Positions 19,060-31,614 of a DNA stretch of 64,000 nucleotides are shown here, one piece after another; within the stretch, counting starts at the first letter, position 1; every line of letters begins with the position of its first letter. This DNA comes from Dehalococcoidia bacterium (GTDB taxonomy: Bacteria > Chloroflexota > Dehalococcoidia > GIF9 > UBA5629). Made by a program: the position numbers and the translations under genes. Under the pieces are notes generated by a model. It made no database searches. It worked only from the letters and a program-made list of their open reading frames with translations, and was not told the origin of the DNA. The stretch spans positions 288,001 to 352,000 of the forward strand of contig JBEKIW010000001.1 of NCBI GenBank assembly GCA_050011565.1, in the 5' to 3' direction.

Positions 19060-19776
19060 TTATAACAAGTGATTGACAGGCAATCTCTGCGGGCGGTTGC
19101 TAACGATGGTCATGGATTTACCGCTGGCAGCAAGATGAGCTAGTCGAGAGGGCTCTGGAAGCCGATAGCGGCGGCAGCACCTCATCACCCAGTGAATAGC
19201 TGTAGACAAATCAATCCTGTGACCGATAGAGATATAAATCGGGTTAGCATTGACTTTACTACATAGAGCGACACCGATGATTTCGCCGTTATCCATAAGT
19301 TCAGTATAATCGCCAACTTCAGCAGTTACCGGTGAATGAGTTCCGCACAGACGTGATTTGGCACAACCTATACTCGGCATATCGAGGAGTAGACCCAGAT
19401 GTGAGGCGATTCCGAAGCGTCTGGGGTGGGCAATTCCCTGGCCGTCTACCATAATAAGGTCGGGGTTTATGGATAGTTTCTGGCAGGCAGCTAGTATAAG
19501 CGGAGCCTCTCTGAAAGATAAAAGGCCGGGTATGTAGGGAAAACTGAGTTTATCTTTAGCAGTCTTTACCTCAGCAACCTCCAGTTCCGGGTAGCTGAGA
19601 ATGACCACGGCAGCCCGGGCGATCCCAGTGGAGTCTGGAGCTGATATATCGACGCCGGCGACAAATCTGGGTTTGATAGTTTCGCTTTGGCGAGATATCT
19701 GGCTGGCCAGCTCCAATTGTATCTGTTTAGCTTCGGCAACGCTTATTTGCCAGCCGTGCAAATTATGTATTTTCAC
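19060..19776 (-). CDS. nfi: Endonuclease V
   Basis: AGVDIS, FPYIPGLLSFRE, DGQGIAHPRRFGIASH, GCAKS and PEPSRLAH. Likely GTG start at 19776, 7 nt after TATAAT. Confidence 0.95.
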   Translation of the reverse strand: MKIHNLHGWQISVAEAKQIQLELASQISRQSETIKPRFVAGVDISAPDSTGIARAAVVILSYPELEVAEVKTAKDKLSFPYIPGLLSFREAPLILAACQKLSINPDLIMVDGQGIAHPRRFGIASHLGLLLDMPSIGCAKSRLCGTHSPVTAEVGDYTELMDNGEIIGVALCSKVNANPIYISIGHRIDLSTAIHWVMRCCRRYRLPEPSRLAHLAASGKSMTIVSNRPQRLPVNHLL

Positions 19777-19831
19777 ATTATTGATTATAATGGCTGAGTA
19801 CACTGGAGGCAACATCCGAAGTAGAGCCGTA

Positions 19832-19861
19832 TTGACAGTTTAGGTGCGTTGGGTGCATAAT
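19832..19861 (+). promoter_or_regulatory. sigma70-type promoter of rpsP
   Basis: TTGACA-18 nt-CATAAT upstream of rpsP. Confidence 0.6.
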
Positions 19862-19905
19862 AGCCTACAAAAATTCTCAAGGAGGCCTATCTAAATAGAT
19901 AACCC

Positions 19906-20250
19906 ATGGTGAAGATAAGATTGCGGCGGATTGGTACCAGGAATAAACCTATATATCGTATGGTGGCAGCTGATGAGAGGTCACCACGCGATGGTAAATT
20001 TATTGAGATTATCGGGCATTATAATCCATTGACTGAGCCAGAGACCTTTGTTGTTGATGAAGAAAAAGCACTGAAGTGGCTTAAGTATGGCGCCCAGCCA
20101 ACGGGAACTGCATTAAGACTGCTTACTAAGGCCGGCGTAGTGGATAAGTTCAAGCCGGTTGCTGAAAAGAATGTACGAGCAACAAAGCCGAAAAAAGTGA
20201 AGACCAAAGCCGGAACGAAAGCCAAATCAACTACAGAGGAGTCATCATAA
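19906..20250 (+). CDS. rpsP: 30S ribosomal protein S16
   Basis: [30 protein letters not shown]. Confidence 0.98.
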   Translation: MVKIRLRRIGTRNKPIYRMVAADERSPRDGKFIEIIGHYNPLTEPETFVVDEEKALKWLKYGAQPTGTALRLLTKAGVVDKFKPVAEKNVRATKPKKVKTKAGTKAKSTTEESS

Positions 20251-20480
20251 TGAAGGAGCTAATAGAATACATCGCCAAGTCTATTGTTAATGCACCTGAT
20301 GATGTAAGAGTTACTGAGGAGACTGATGACAAGAGTATGGTGGTGGTGAAACTAGAAGTCGCTGCGGATGATAAGGGTAGAGTAATCGGCAGGCAGGGTC
20401 GTGTGGCTGAGGCGATGAGGACTCTGCTACGTGTGGTAGCGACCAAGGAGGGTGTTCGCGTCAGGCTTGAGATTTTATAA
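20250..20480 (+). CDS. khpA: KH-domain RNA-binding protein KhpA (YlqC)
   Basis: DKGRVIGRQGR; usual position after rpsP. Confidence 0.92.
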   Translation: MKELIEYIAKSIVNAPDDVRVTEETDDKSMVVVKLEVAADDKGRVIGRQGRVAEAMRTLLRVVATKEGVRVRLEIL

Positions 20481-20573
20481 TTGACCTGTCATATTCAAAG
20501 CAGGTCTGTATTCCCCTATTACTAACCCCACAATTTCTGCAGATAATTAGCTGTCTTTACCTAGTGAAAACCG

Positions 20574-20995
20574 TCACCGCAGTTCCGATTTTCGACGTCT
20601 CCTTTCAGCTACCTTAAGGCGGACAAGAGAACGAAGAAGAGCAGCTTGGACTTGTGCCACGTCTAATTCCGGAGTACGGGTTTTGAGCCTTTCTTCAGCC
20701 CGGTGTTTAGCCGCTTCAGCGCGTTCAATATCGATTTCTTCAGCGCGCTCACAAGCATCGGCCAGGATTATGATTTTGTCGGGACGTACTTCAAGGAAAC
20801 CGCCGGAAACAAACAAATACGTTTCTTCGCTGTCCTTCCTTATGAGGACCTCTCCCGGTTTGAGCATGGTTATTAAAGGAGCATGATGCGGCAGTATGCC
20901 CAGCTCTCCCTCAACGCCCGGGGCAACTACAGTATTGACGTCGTCAGAGAAAACTTGGCGCTCAGCGGTTATGATTTCGAGTTTAAGTGTTGCCA

Positions 20996-20996
<1 letters not shown>
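20574..20996 (-). CDS. atpC: ATP synthase epsilon subunit
   Basis: GELGILPHHAPL and VSGGFLEV motifs; operon position. Confidence 0.97.
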
Positions 20997-23261
<2,265 letters not shown>

Positions 23262-23269
23262 TCATTCCT

Positions 23270-24781
23270 CTAATAGCTCGCGCCTTGTTTAAACTCCGCT
23301 ATGGCTTTCTTTAACGATTCCTCAGTTTCGGGTTTTATCATTTTATCTGTGATAATAAGTTTGCTGACTTCAGGGTGATTTGTTTCCATGAAGTAGTGGA
23401 ATGCCTGCTCAAAGGCGGCTACTTTCTCAACCGGGACATCATCCAGATAGCCGTTGGTCACGGCATAGAGGATAGTTACCTCTTTCTCAAGAGACATTGG
23501 AGTATATTGAGGTTGTTTTAGTATCTCAGTGACACGTTGTCCACGTTCAATCTGTGAACGTGTGGCTTTATCCAGGTCGGCGGTACCGAATTGAGCAAAT
23601 GTAGCCAGTTCGCGATATTGTGCCATGTCCAATCTCAGTTTGCCGGCTACCTGTCTCATGGCTCTGGTTTGGGCATTGCCACCAACTCTCGATACCGATA
23701 GGCCGGCATTTAGCGCCGGGCGAATACCACTATTGAACAAATCTGTCTCCAGATAAATCTGGCCGTCGGTGATAGAAATAACGTTAGTTGGAATGTAAGC
23801 AGCCAGGTCACCGGCCTGGATTTCAACAATGGGCAGAGCCGTAAGAGAACCTCCGCCCAGCTCCTGGTTTAACTTGGCAGCTCGTTCCAACAGTCGGCTG
23901 TGAAGATAAAAAACATCACCCGGGTAAGCCTCGCGGCCCGGTGGTCGTCTGAGGATCAATGATATTTGTCGATAAGCCCAGGCGTGCTTGGTTAAATCGT
24001 CATAGATAACCAATGCATCTTTTCCCTGTTCCATAAATTCTTCGCCGATAGCACAACCCGAGTAGGGGGCTAAGTACTGCAAGGACGCCGGGTCAGAAGC
24101 GTTAGCAACGACTACTATGGTATATTCCATGGTGCCGTACTTCTTAAAGATATCTATTACTTGCGCTACCTTAGACGTTTTCTGGCCTATAGCCACATAA
24201 ATACAGATAAGGTCGCCGCCTTTCTGGCTGATGATGGTGTCTAGGGCGATGGCTGATTTGCCTATTGACCGGTCACCGATGATAAGTTCACGCTGCCCAC
24301 GGCCGATAGGAATCAAGGCGTCCACTATCTTTATCCCAGTGTGGACTGGTGTGTTTACCGGCTGTCTCATTACAACGTTAGGCGCAACCCTTTCTACAGG
24401 TCTGGTCTTGGTCGTCTTAATCGGTCCTTCCTCGTCCAAGGGATTGCCCAGTGGGTCTATCACACGGCCGATAAGGCTATCACCTACAGGAACTTCAACT
24501 ACCCTGCCCGTGCTGCGGACTTCGTCGCCTTCTTTGATATGGGTGTAATCGCCAAGTATTACTGCGGCGACGTTGTCCTCTTCTAAGTTGAGAGCCAGGC
24601 CCATAATGTCATTCGGGAATTCCAGCAACTCGTTATATTTGGCTCCCTGAAGTCCATGGATGCGAGCCACGCCATCGCCTACTTCGATTACCGTTCCCAC
24701 ATCTACCATGGCTACGGTAGACCCAAATTGCTTGATTTGCTCTTTAATTACAGAGACTATATCTCGACCACCTGTTGTCAT
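23270..24781 (-). CDS. atpA: ATP synthase alpha subunit
   Basis: [12 protein letters not shown] and [23 protein letters not shown] motifs. Confidence 0.98.
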   Translation of the reverse strand: MTTGGRDIVSVIKEQIKQFGSTVAMVDVGTVIEVGDGVARIHGLQGAKYNELLEFPNDIMGLALNLEEDNVAAVILGDYTHIKEGDEVRSTGRVVEVPVGDSLIGRVIDPLGNPLDEEGPIKTTKTRPVERVAPNVVMRQPVNTPVHTGIKIVDALIPIGRGQRELIIGDRSIGKSAIALDTIISQKGGDLICIYVAIGQKTSKVAQVIDIFKKYGTMEYTIVVVANASDPASLQYLAPYSGCAIGEEFMEQGKDALVIYDDLTKHAWAYRQISLILRRPPGREAYPGDVFYLHSRLLERAAKLNQELGGGSLTALPIVEIQAGDLAAYIPTNVISITDGQIYLETDLFNSGIRPALNAGLSVSRVGGNAQTRAMRQVAGKLRLDMAQYRELATFAQFGTADLDKATRSQIERGQRVTEILKQPQYTPMSLEKEVTILYAVTNGYLDDVPVEKVAAFEQAFHYFMETNHPEVSKLIITDKMIKPETEESLKKAIAEFKQGASY

Positions 24782-24802
24782 TTTTCACCCCCTTATGGGT
24801 AG

Positions 24803-25342
24803 TTATTTCCGGGTTTCAGCCAACCTCTTCTTTAACATTTCTAATCTGTTGCGGATACTACCATCGATAAGGCTATCGTCTATTCTGGCGATAAAACCAC
24901 CCAGAATATCCGGATTGATTTGAACGTTCATGCTCACTTTCTTTCCGACCAGTGCTTCAAGGTTCTGACCAAGCTTTTCTCTTTCCACATCGTCGAGCGG
25001 AACGGCTGTGGTAACCTCTGCATTTTTTATGCCATAGTGCTCATTCAATAAGCGGCTATATTCGTCTGAGATTTGGCCGGCCGTTTTGAGCTTTCCCTTG
25101 GAAATTAGTAGATAGACTAGATTCAGGGCCATGGGATTTGTTTTTCCCAATTTCTCTTGTACCAGTTTTGTCTTCAGGTCGAAAGGTATTTTGGGATTTT
25201 CCGCCAGGCCTACAAATTCATCATCTTCTACGAGTTTGGCAATCTTTGTCAGGTTAGACTGCCACTCTTTAAGTTTATTGCTTTCCAGAGCAATCTCGAA
25301 GACTGCCTGAGCGTATCGTTTAACAGATGTTGTTACCGGCAT
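24803..25342 (-). CDS. atpH: ATP synthase delta subunit
   Basis: RYAQAVFE, VTTAVPL and ILGG..ID.S motifs. Confidence 0.95.
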   Translation of the reverse strand: MPVTTSVKRYAQAVFEIALESNKLKEWQSNLTKIAKLVEDDEFVGLAENPKIPFDLKTKLVQEKLGKTNPMALNLVYLLISKGKLKTAGQISDEYSRLLNEHYGIKNAEVTTAVPLDDVEREKLGQNLEALVGKKVSMNVQINPDILGGFIARIDDSLIDGSIRNRLEMLKKRLAETRK

Positions 25343-25356
25343 TTGAACACAGCCTT

Positions 25357-25857
25357 CTATTTCTTTTCAAAAGTGGTGCTCTCCTTAAGCACCTCATCAA
25401 TGATTTTGCGATGTTTCTTTTTATCTAATGTTTCATTGATGACTTTTTCTGCAGCGAGGATAGCGATATCAGCAAATTCGGCGCGTAATTCCTCAATACT
25501 TTTATCTCTTTCTCGCTGTATCTCGCTGCGAGCTTTGGCGATCAATGACTCAGCCTCCTGGCGAGCACCTTGTTTTGCTTCTTCCTTTAATCTTTCTCCT
25601 ATTTGCGTCGCCTGGGCTATGACGCCCTGTCCCTCTTTGCGCGCTTTTTCCAGTTGAGCCTTGATTTCCTCTTCGCTATGAGCAGTTTCTTGCCTGATTT
25701 TTTCGGCTTGCTCCAGGCTCTCCCTTATTTTAGCTTGCCTGTCCTCGAGCATCTTGAGCACCGGCTTATACAAGAATATGCTCAGTACCGTAAACAAAAT
25801 GGCAAAGCTTACGAGAAAAGACACCAACAGTGGTAGGTTAATTCCAATACCTTCCAT
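25357..25857 (-). CDS. atpF: ATP synthase b subunit
   Basis: N-terminal TM, YKPVLKMLEDRQAKI, coiled coil, AAEKVI. Confidence 0.95.
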   Translation of the reverse strand: MEGIGINLPLLVSFLVSFAILFTVLSIFLYKPVLKMLEDRQAKIRESLEQAEKIRQETAHSEEEIKAQLEKARKEGQGVIAQATQIGERLKEEAKQGARQEAESLIAKARSEIQRERDKSIEELRAEFADIAILAAEKVINETLDKKKHRKIIDEVLKESTTFEKK

Positions 25858-25950
25858 ACAATCACCTGACTTTTTTAGTTCATTGATTATCCGTAATGGC
25901 AGCTAGGCGCCAGCCATTGAATCGAGGCCGAATTATTAAGCTTGGTGAGC

Positions 25951-26067
25951 TCATGCTTGAGCCAAAATAAAGACCAGGATTATCATGCTGAAAGCTACTA
26001 CAACACCGATGGTTATAGCTGCGCTGATAAGGCCGCCTATGAAACCTGGTAGTCCACCTTCTTCCAT
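25951..26067 (-). CDS. Small single-TM protein (38 aa) between atpE and atpF (not in ORF track)
   Basis: AGGAG RBS; MEEGGLPGFIGGLISAAITIGVVVAFSMIILVFILAQA*. Confidence 0.65.
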   Translation of the reverse strand: MEEGGLPGFIGGLISAAITIGVVVAFSMIILVFILAQA

Positions 26068-26082
26068 TTCTAATTCTCCTTG

Positions 26083-26328
<246 letters not shown>

Positions 26329-27290
26329 TTAATTTGCATGCTCCGGCTCCTCCTCATGCGGAGCCATGGCAATAACGCCAAATACAAGAGTTAAGCCGGC
26401 GAAAATCAGTGCCTGAAGAACGCCGACCAATAATTCTAACCCGTAGAAGGGTATAGATGCCACCAATGGCACTAGAAACGAGACTACCAACAGCAATATC
26501 TCACCGGCTGTCATATTGCCAAAGAGACGGAAGGTGAAGCTGACGATACGGATAAAATGGCTGAGAATTTCCAGTCCGCCTATGAACAGGTTAATGAAAC
26601 CGAACATAATACCACTGATGGCAGGTCGGATCTTCCCCTTGAACAAACTTACGAAACCGTCACGTATTTGACCGAAATTAAAGAAGCTGTTGAGATAATG
26701 GAAGAAACCGAGTGACCGTAGCCCCCAAAATTCAACAGAGACAAAGGAGATTATAGCGATGGAAAGGGGAAGGTTAATATCAGTATTTGCCGCCCGGAGC
26801 AAAGGTATAAAGGTACCGTTGTGCTCGATAATACCTATGGTTCCAAAGAATGGTAGAAGGGCCAGCAAGGCATTAGTCCAAACGTAGAGGAATATAGTGG
26901 CTACTAAGGGGAAAAGGGTGCGAGCATGATTTTCTCCGGCTACGCCTTTAACGAAGTTCAACATTGTTTCTACGATCAGTTCAGCAAAGTTTTGAAGCTT
27001 TCCCGGTATTAATTTCATCTTGCGGGTGGCGGCGTAAAATAAACCACCTAAAACTATTATTGTTAACCAGGCAGCTATGAGAGTATTGGTAATCGTAAAT
27101 GCTGAGATGTGGACTATGCCCTCCGATGGGAGTTGTACTTGGGGCTTGGCGACAGCCAGGAAGCTGGGAGCTTTGATGCCCAGTAGACTCGAGCCTAGTG
27201 GCCCAACCACGAGTCCGGTTAATAAAAGAGCCAGTAGAATAATAGCCACCCAGGCCATGATTTTTATTGAGCAGCCACAACCCATATTCA
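26329..27290 (-). CDS. atpB: ATP synthase a subunit
   Basis: PGKLQN, SFTFRLFGNMTAGE and LQALIFAGL motifs; exact start uncertain. Confidence 0.95.
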
Positions 27291-27292
27291 TC

Positions 27293-27604
27293 TCACAGTT
27301 TCCGCTCCTTGCCCTTGTCTTGCTCCTTTTGCTCCTTATAGAATCGGCGCAGCATCTGGTACAGGCCGTAAAAGGCAATCAATGTGCCCAGGAAGAAGCC
27401 AATGAGTGTAAATAAAGGGCGGCTGTCAAACCTTCCCGGGCTGTCGAGCCAGAAGCCTATCATCGTTGGGATAGTAATGCTCAAGGCTACATACCAGCCA
27501 ACGGTGAAAAGAAACCAGAGTGGGCGGACCCATTCCTTTGATATCGGTTTATTGGGCTTAGGCTGCGCCACTGTGTAGTAGATCTTTTCTTGAAGTAAAG
27601 TCAT
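27293..27604 (-). CDS. AtpZ/AtpI-like (ATPase gene 1) membrane protein
   Basis: IGFWLD....PLFTLIGFFLG; first gene of the atp operon. The true start may be the internal GTG. Confidence 0.8.
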   Translation of the reverse strand: MTLLQEKIYYTVAQPKPNKPISKEWVRPLWFLFTVGWYVALSITIPTMIGFWLDSPGRFDSRPLFTLIGFFLGTLIAFYGLYQMLRRFYKEQKEQDKGKERKL

Positions 27605-27968
27605 ATTGCTATTTCTGTAATCCGCTCTATGTGTCTTACGGCGTTTGAGTTACAAAGTTTCATAAGCTGGAGAAGTCACTATCTTCTTTGATGCTCTTTG
27701 CCGAAACACATTATAATCTAGCAGATTAGGAAATAGCTGTCATCGACCTTAGGACTAATTTTAATATGTACTTAAAGCCGATTCCAGAAATAGTTCGAGC
27801 ACATTGGATCGGCATTATCTGTTTAGTGTCTATCCAGCAGCCTTACCCGCAACCGCCACGTTTGTCGTATGCAAATCTACGTAATTGTTAAGCAACTAGG
27901 TAAAAAGCTCAGCTAAAAGTGGTTCGCTTTGAACGAACCCAGTGAGTCCACTACATGCGTATAAATAT

Positions 27969-28751
27969 TCATGATTTACGCTTACCTAAATCGTCCAGGT
28001 TAAGTGTATTAATGAAATCCTTGAAGGCTGACAGCTTCTTCAACTCTTGCTCGTCGACCTTCCCTTTAGTACCTGGTTTATCCCCACTTTTATCTGTGGG
28101 TATAGGCTTTCCCGTTTCCCGGTCCAGTATGATGCCGGCCTTGTCCAGGACTGCCTCCTCAACATATATGGGCACTGTGGCTCTTACCGCCAAAGCGATG
28201 GCATCGCTGGGTCGGGAATCAAGCTTTATCCTGGTGAGTAACCATTGACTGGTCCCTTTGTCGTAGCGAAGTACAAACATCAGGCCGTCCTCATTCATTG
28301 CCTCAATGAATCTATCGCCTGATTCCTGCCATTCGTTGGCTATTTCAAGTTTGTATTCTCTTCCCTGCCAGATAATAGACAGCCGCGAGCCATTGTCATG
28401 TCCCCGGCGCGAACTGCTTTCGGGTGTAAACTTAACACCTACCGGTTTTGGAATGTCAGTTGACTCGAAAATAATCTGCGCATAAAAGGTATCAGCGCGC
28501 AGGTCATTTACAACAATTTTACTCACTACCGTGCCAGATGCTGTTTCCAGCGCGAAGATGGCGTTTTTCAGTAAGTCATGTGTCATGGGCCGTGCTAAGT
28601 CAACATTCTGCAATTTTATCGAGATAGCATCTGCTTCTGATGGGCCAATCCAGATAGGCAGGTAGCGGTCTGATTCTTTCTCCTTAAGGATTACCACGTG
28701 CTGATAGTTCATCAGGCTTACCCGAATGCTATCAATCGTCATCTCTATCAT
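27969..28751 (-). CDS. Bifunctional nuclease (DUF151) with ~75-aa insertion
   Basis: LPIWIG..EA, RPMTHDL and DSRPSDAIALAVR motifs; GGAGGAG RBS before ATG 28751. Confidence 0.88.
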   Translation of the reverse strand: MIEMTIDSIRVSLMNYQHVVILKEKESDRYLPIWIGPSEADAISIKLQNVDLARPMTHDLLKNAIFALETASGTVVSKIVVNDLRADTFYAQIIFESTDIPKPVGVKFTPESSSRRGHDNGSRLSIIWQGREYKLEIANEWQESGDRFIEAMNEDGLMFVLRYDKGTSQWLLTRIKLDSRPSDAIALAVRATVPIYVEEAVLDKAGIILDRETGKPIPTDKSGDKPGTKGKVDEQELKKLSAFKDFINTLNLDDLGKRKS

Positions 28752-28781
28752 TAGTGCTCCTCCGTGTCCTAAGCAAAAATA

Positions 28782-28810
28782 ATTGTACTCTATCACATTT
28801 TAGGTGTCAA
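28782..28810 (-). promoter_or_regulatory. sigma70 promoter of the DUF151 gene
   Basis: TTGACA-17 nt-TACAAT on the minus strand. Confidence 0.7.
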
Positions 28811-28881
28811 TTTGCCTCAGATACACTGCTTCCGTAAAATATTGAGGTAGGCTTTTCTCGGACTAAGGACTTGGAGTTGAT

Positions 28882-29334
28882 TTGAAAGTAATTGTGCAGC
28901 GAGTCACCAAAGCATCGGTGAGTGTGAACGGCGAGGTTGTTGGAAAAATCGGCCGTGGTTTAGTTGTCCTGGTTGGTGTGGCTCGGGAGGACACCGAGAG
29001 GGACGCAATTTACATGGCCGATAAGATAGTAAATCTCCGTATCTTTGCCGATGAGGCCAGTAAGTTCAATCTTTCGGCGCTGGAAACCGGAGCCGAGATT
29101 CTGATTGTAAGCCAGTTTACCCTCCTGGCTGATACACGGAAAGGGCGCCGGCCAAGTTTTGAGGCAGCGGCTCCGCCCGAACAGGCGGAAGCCCTGGTGA
29201 ACTTTTTTATTGGCCGGGTACGTGATGCCGGGCTTCAGGTGGAGACAGGTCGCTTTCAGCAACACATGTTGGTGGAAATACATAACGATGGGCCGGTCAC
29301 CATAGCACTGGATAGCAGGGATAAGATTCACTGA
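28882..29334 (+). CDS. dtd: D-aminoacyl-tRNA deacylase
   Basis: QRV, SQFTL, GRRPSF and NDGPVT motifs. Confidence 0.97.
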   Translation: MKVIVQRVTKASVSVNGEVVGKIGRGLVVLVGVAREDTERDAIYMADKIVNLRIFADEASKFNLSALETGAEILIVSQFTLLADTRKGRRPSFEAAAPPEQAEALVNFFIGRVRDAGLQVETGRFQQHMLVEIHNDGPVTIALDSRDKIH

Positions 29335-29349
29335 ATATCAATTAATTGC

Positions 29350-29366
29350 TAATGCAATTAGTTGCA
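29350..29366. promoter_or_regulatory. Candidate Fur-family operator, copy 1 (autoregulatory)
   Basis: TAATGCAATTAGTTGCA, near-palindromic, with an identical copy at 29847-29863. Confidence 0.65.
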
Positions 29367-29399
29367 AATAGGCACTATTTTTGTTATACTTTAACCGAT

Positions 29400-29816
29400 A
29401 TGAGTTGCGCTCAAGTGCTCAGGGGAATGGGCTATCGATTGACACCGCAAAGGATGATGGTGGTCGAGGCTCTGCATGATACCGATAAACATGTCAGTGC
29501 CGAGGAGATATATGCCAGGGTGAAAGAGAAATACCCTTACGCCAACATTTCTACGGTTTACCGGACACTGGAATTGCTTAAGGAACTTGAGCTGGTTAAC
29601 GAGATCGCCCTGGGAGACGGGTGTGTTCGCTTCCATCCCGCCGAGAAAGGGCGTCATCATCATCTGGTATGTCAGAAATGCCATAGTATAATCGACTTGC
29701 CCGAATCAGCACTGGCTCCTTTGGAAGACGTCCTTTCGGAAAAACATCAGTTTAAAGCTGATTTAAAACATACGGCTGTTTTCGGCCTGTGTTCCGAATG
29801 CCAGGATAAGGCTTAG
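29400..29816 (+). CDS. Fur-family metalloregulator (Zur/Nur-like)
   Basis: RLTPQR, STVYRTL, HHHLVCxxC and C-terminal CxxC; TATACT 9 nt before ATG 29400. Confidence 0.92.
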   Translation: MSCAQVLRGMGYRLTPQRMMVVEALHDTDKHVSAEEIYARVKEKYPYANISTVYRTLELLKELELVNEIALGDGCVRFHPAEKGRHHHLVCQKCHSIIDLPESALAPLEDVLSEKHQFKADLKHTAVFGLCSECQDKA

Positions 29817-29846
29817 CAGAGCCAAGCAATTTTTATTTTTGGGTAT

Positions 29847-29863
29847 TAATGCAATTAGTTGCA
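29847..29863. promoter_or_regulatory. Candidate Fur-family operator, copy 2 (upstream of cbiM/nikM)
   Basis: TAATGCAATTAGTTGCA, followed by an extra GTTGCA half-site. Confidence 0.65.
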
Positions 29864-29906
29864 GTTGCATTTTATTGAATAGAAAGCTATTGGAGGACGT
29901 TTTTAG

Positions 29907-30548
29907 ATGCATATTCCAGATGGTTTCATCAGTACACCGGTGGCAGTAGCCGGAATCGCAGTGGCTGCTGGCAGCGTGGCCTATGCAGTAAAGGCGACGA
30001 ACAAGAAAATGGGTGAGAGGCAGGTGCCTATGATGGGTGTCTTGGCTGCCTTCATTTTCGCAGCGCAAATGCTGAATTTCCCGGTGGCTGGAGGGACTTC
30101 TGGGCATTTCGTAGGCGCAGCACTGGCTGCAATCATATTAGGGCCGTGGTCGGCGGTCCTGATAATGAGCTGTGTGCTGATGGTCCAATGTCTCATATTT
30201 CAGGATGGCGGTCTGCTCGCGCTGGGCGCGAACATACTCAATATGGGCGTGATTGCCGTGTTTGTCAGTTATTTCACTTATAAGGGCATATTTGCCGCTA
30301 TAAGGGGCAGCAAGACGGGACGGTTGGTCGCCGCTGGCGTAGGAGCTTGGATATCAGTTGTGGTATCGGCACTGGCCTGCGCCGCCGAGCTTTCTATTTC
30401 GCGCACCGTGCCCTGGCAAATAGCCATCCCGGCCATGGGGATAGTTCATATGGCCATCGGTGTCGGTGAAGGGCTTATCACAGTCGCGGTGGTTGCCCTA
30501 GTTATGGGTACGCGTCCTGACCTGCTGGAACTGCAACAAGCTACTTAA
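29907..30548 (+). CDS. cbiM: Ni/Co ECF transporter S component (CbiM/NikM)
   Basis: N-terminal MHIPDG, GTSGH and DGGLLALGAN motifs. Confidence 0.93.
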   Translation: MHIPDGFISTPVAVAGIAVAAGSVAYAVKATNKKMGERQVPMMGVLAAFIFAAQMLNFPVAGGTSGHFVGAALAAIILGPWSAVLIMSCVLMVQCLIFQDGGLLALGANILNMGVIAVFVSYFTYKGIFAAIRGSKTGRLVAAGVGAWISVVVSALACAAELSISRTVPWQIAIPAMGIVHMAIGVGEGLITVAVVALVMGTRPDLLELQQAT

Positions 30549-30564
30549 GGAGGTAAAGACAGGA

Positions 30565-30849
30565 ATGAAATTCAAATGGTGGCATGGAGTCCTGATTCTA
30601 GCCTTGCTTTTGGTAATATTGTCTCCTTTGGCTTCTTCGTCGCCAGATGGTTTGGAAAGGGTGGCTGAAGATAAAGGTTTTATTCATGTAGCTCTTGCCC
30701 CTCTCTTCAATATTTTCCCTGATTATGTGGTACCTGGAGTGACGAATGAAGCTGTGGCCACAATTCTGGCTGGAATAGTGGGCACTCTTATACTCTTTGG
30801 CATTGGCTATGGGCTGGCTAAGTTATTGAGGACAAAAGGTGAAGCATAG
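30565..30849 (+). CDS. PDGLE-domain protein (NikN-like)
   Basis: ASSSPDGLERVA and PDY motifs. Confidence 0.9.
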   Translation: MKFKWWHGVLILALLLVILSPLASSSPDGLERVAEDKGFIHVALAPLFNIFPDYVVPGVTNEAVATILAGIVGTLILFGIGYGLAKLLRTKGEA

Positions 30850-31609
30850 CTTTATTGACGAATATAGCCACCTGAATAGCGTTATCCACAGGCTTGACCC
30901 GCGGACTAAGCTTATTGCCAGCCTGGCTTTTATCGTAGCTGTTGTGTTGACGCCGACCAGTAATTGGCGGGTTTTTGCCTTTTATTTTGCCATTATTGCT
31001 TTTATGCTGGCATTCTCCAGGTTGCCATCCGCTTATGTTCTAAAGAGATCTCTGGTGATTTTGCCCTTTGTTTTGTTGATTGCTATCTTTATCCCCTTTT
31101 TTAAAGAGGGGGAGGTGGCTGGAAGCTATAATATCTGGCTGTGGCAAATCTCGATAACCTATGATGGCTTGCTGATTCTGGCCAATGTTGTAGTTAAGTC
31201 TTGGCTCTGTATTTTGGCTCTGATTTTGCTGTCATCGACAACCAGGCTCGATGACTTACTAAAAGCACTTAAGCAATTGGGAATGCCGCAGGTGATGATA
31301 TTGATACTTTCTTTTATGTATAGGTACATTTTCGTGCTGGTCGACGAGGTAATGCGAATACAACAAGCTCGCGATAGCCGTAATTTTGGAGGCAGCCGGC
31401 TTCATCATCTAAAGACTATTGGCAACATGGTGGGCACTTTATTTATCAGGAGCTACGAGCGGGGTGAAAGAATATATGCCGCCATGTTAGCCAGAGGTTT
31501 TGACGGTCAAGTTCGCACTTTGCATAAACTGAGATTCAAACAGGCCGACGCCTATTTTGGTGCAGCGTTTAGTCTGGTACTTGTTTTACCATACATTATC
31601 TGGTTGTAG
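30839..31609 (+). CDS. cbiQ: ECF transporter T component
   Basis: LDPRTKL, MYRY and RSYERGERIYAAMLARGF motifs. Confidence 0.93.
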   Translation: MKHSFIDEYSHLNSVIHRLDPRTKLIASLAFIVAVVLTPTSNWRVFAFYFAIIAFMLAFSRLPSAYVLKRSLVILPFVLLIAIFIPFFKEGEVAGSYNIWLWQISITYDGLLILANVVVKSWLCILALILLSSTTRLDDLLKALKQLGMPQVMILILSFMYRYIFVLVDEVMRIQQARDSRNFGGSRLHHLKTIGNMVGTLFIRSYERGERIYAAMLARGFDGQVRTLHKLRFKQADAYFGAAFSLVLVLPYIIWL

Positions 31610-31614
31610 GCGTT

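Noticed and set aside
29817-29906. Cobalamin riboswitch before cbiM
   Set aside because: The spacer is only 90 nt, AT-rich, and lacks a B12 box.
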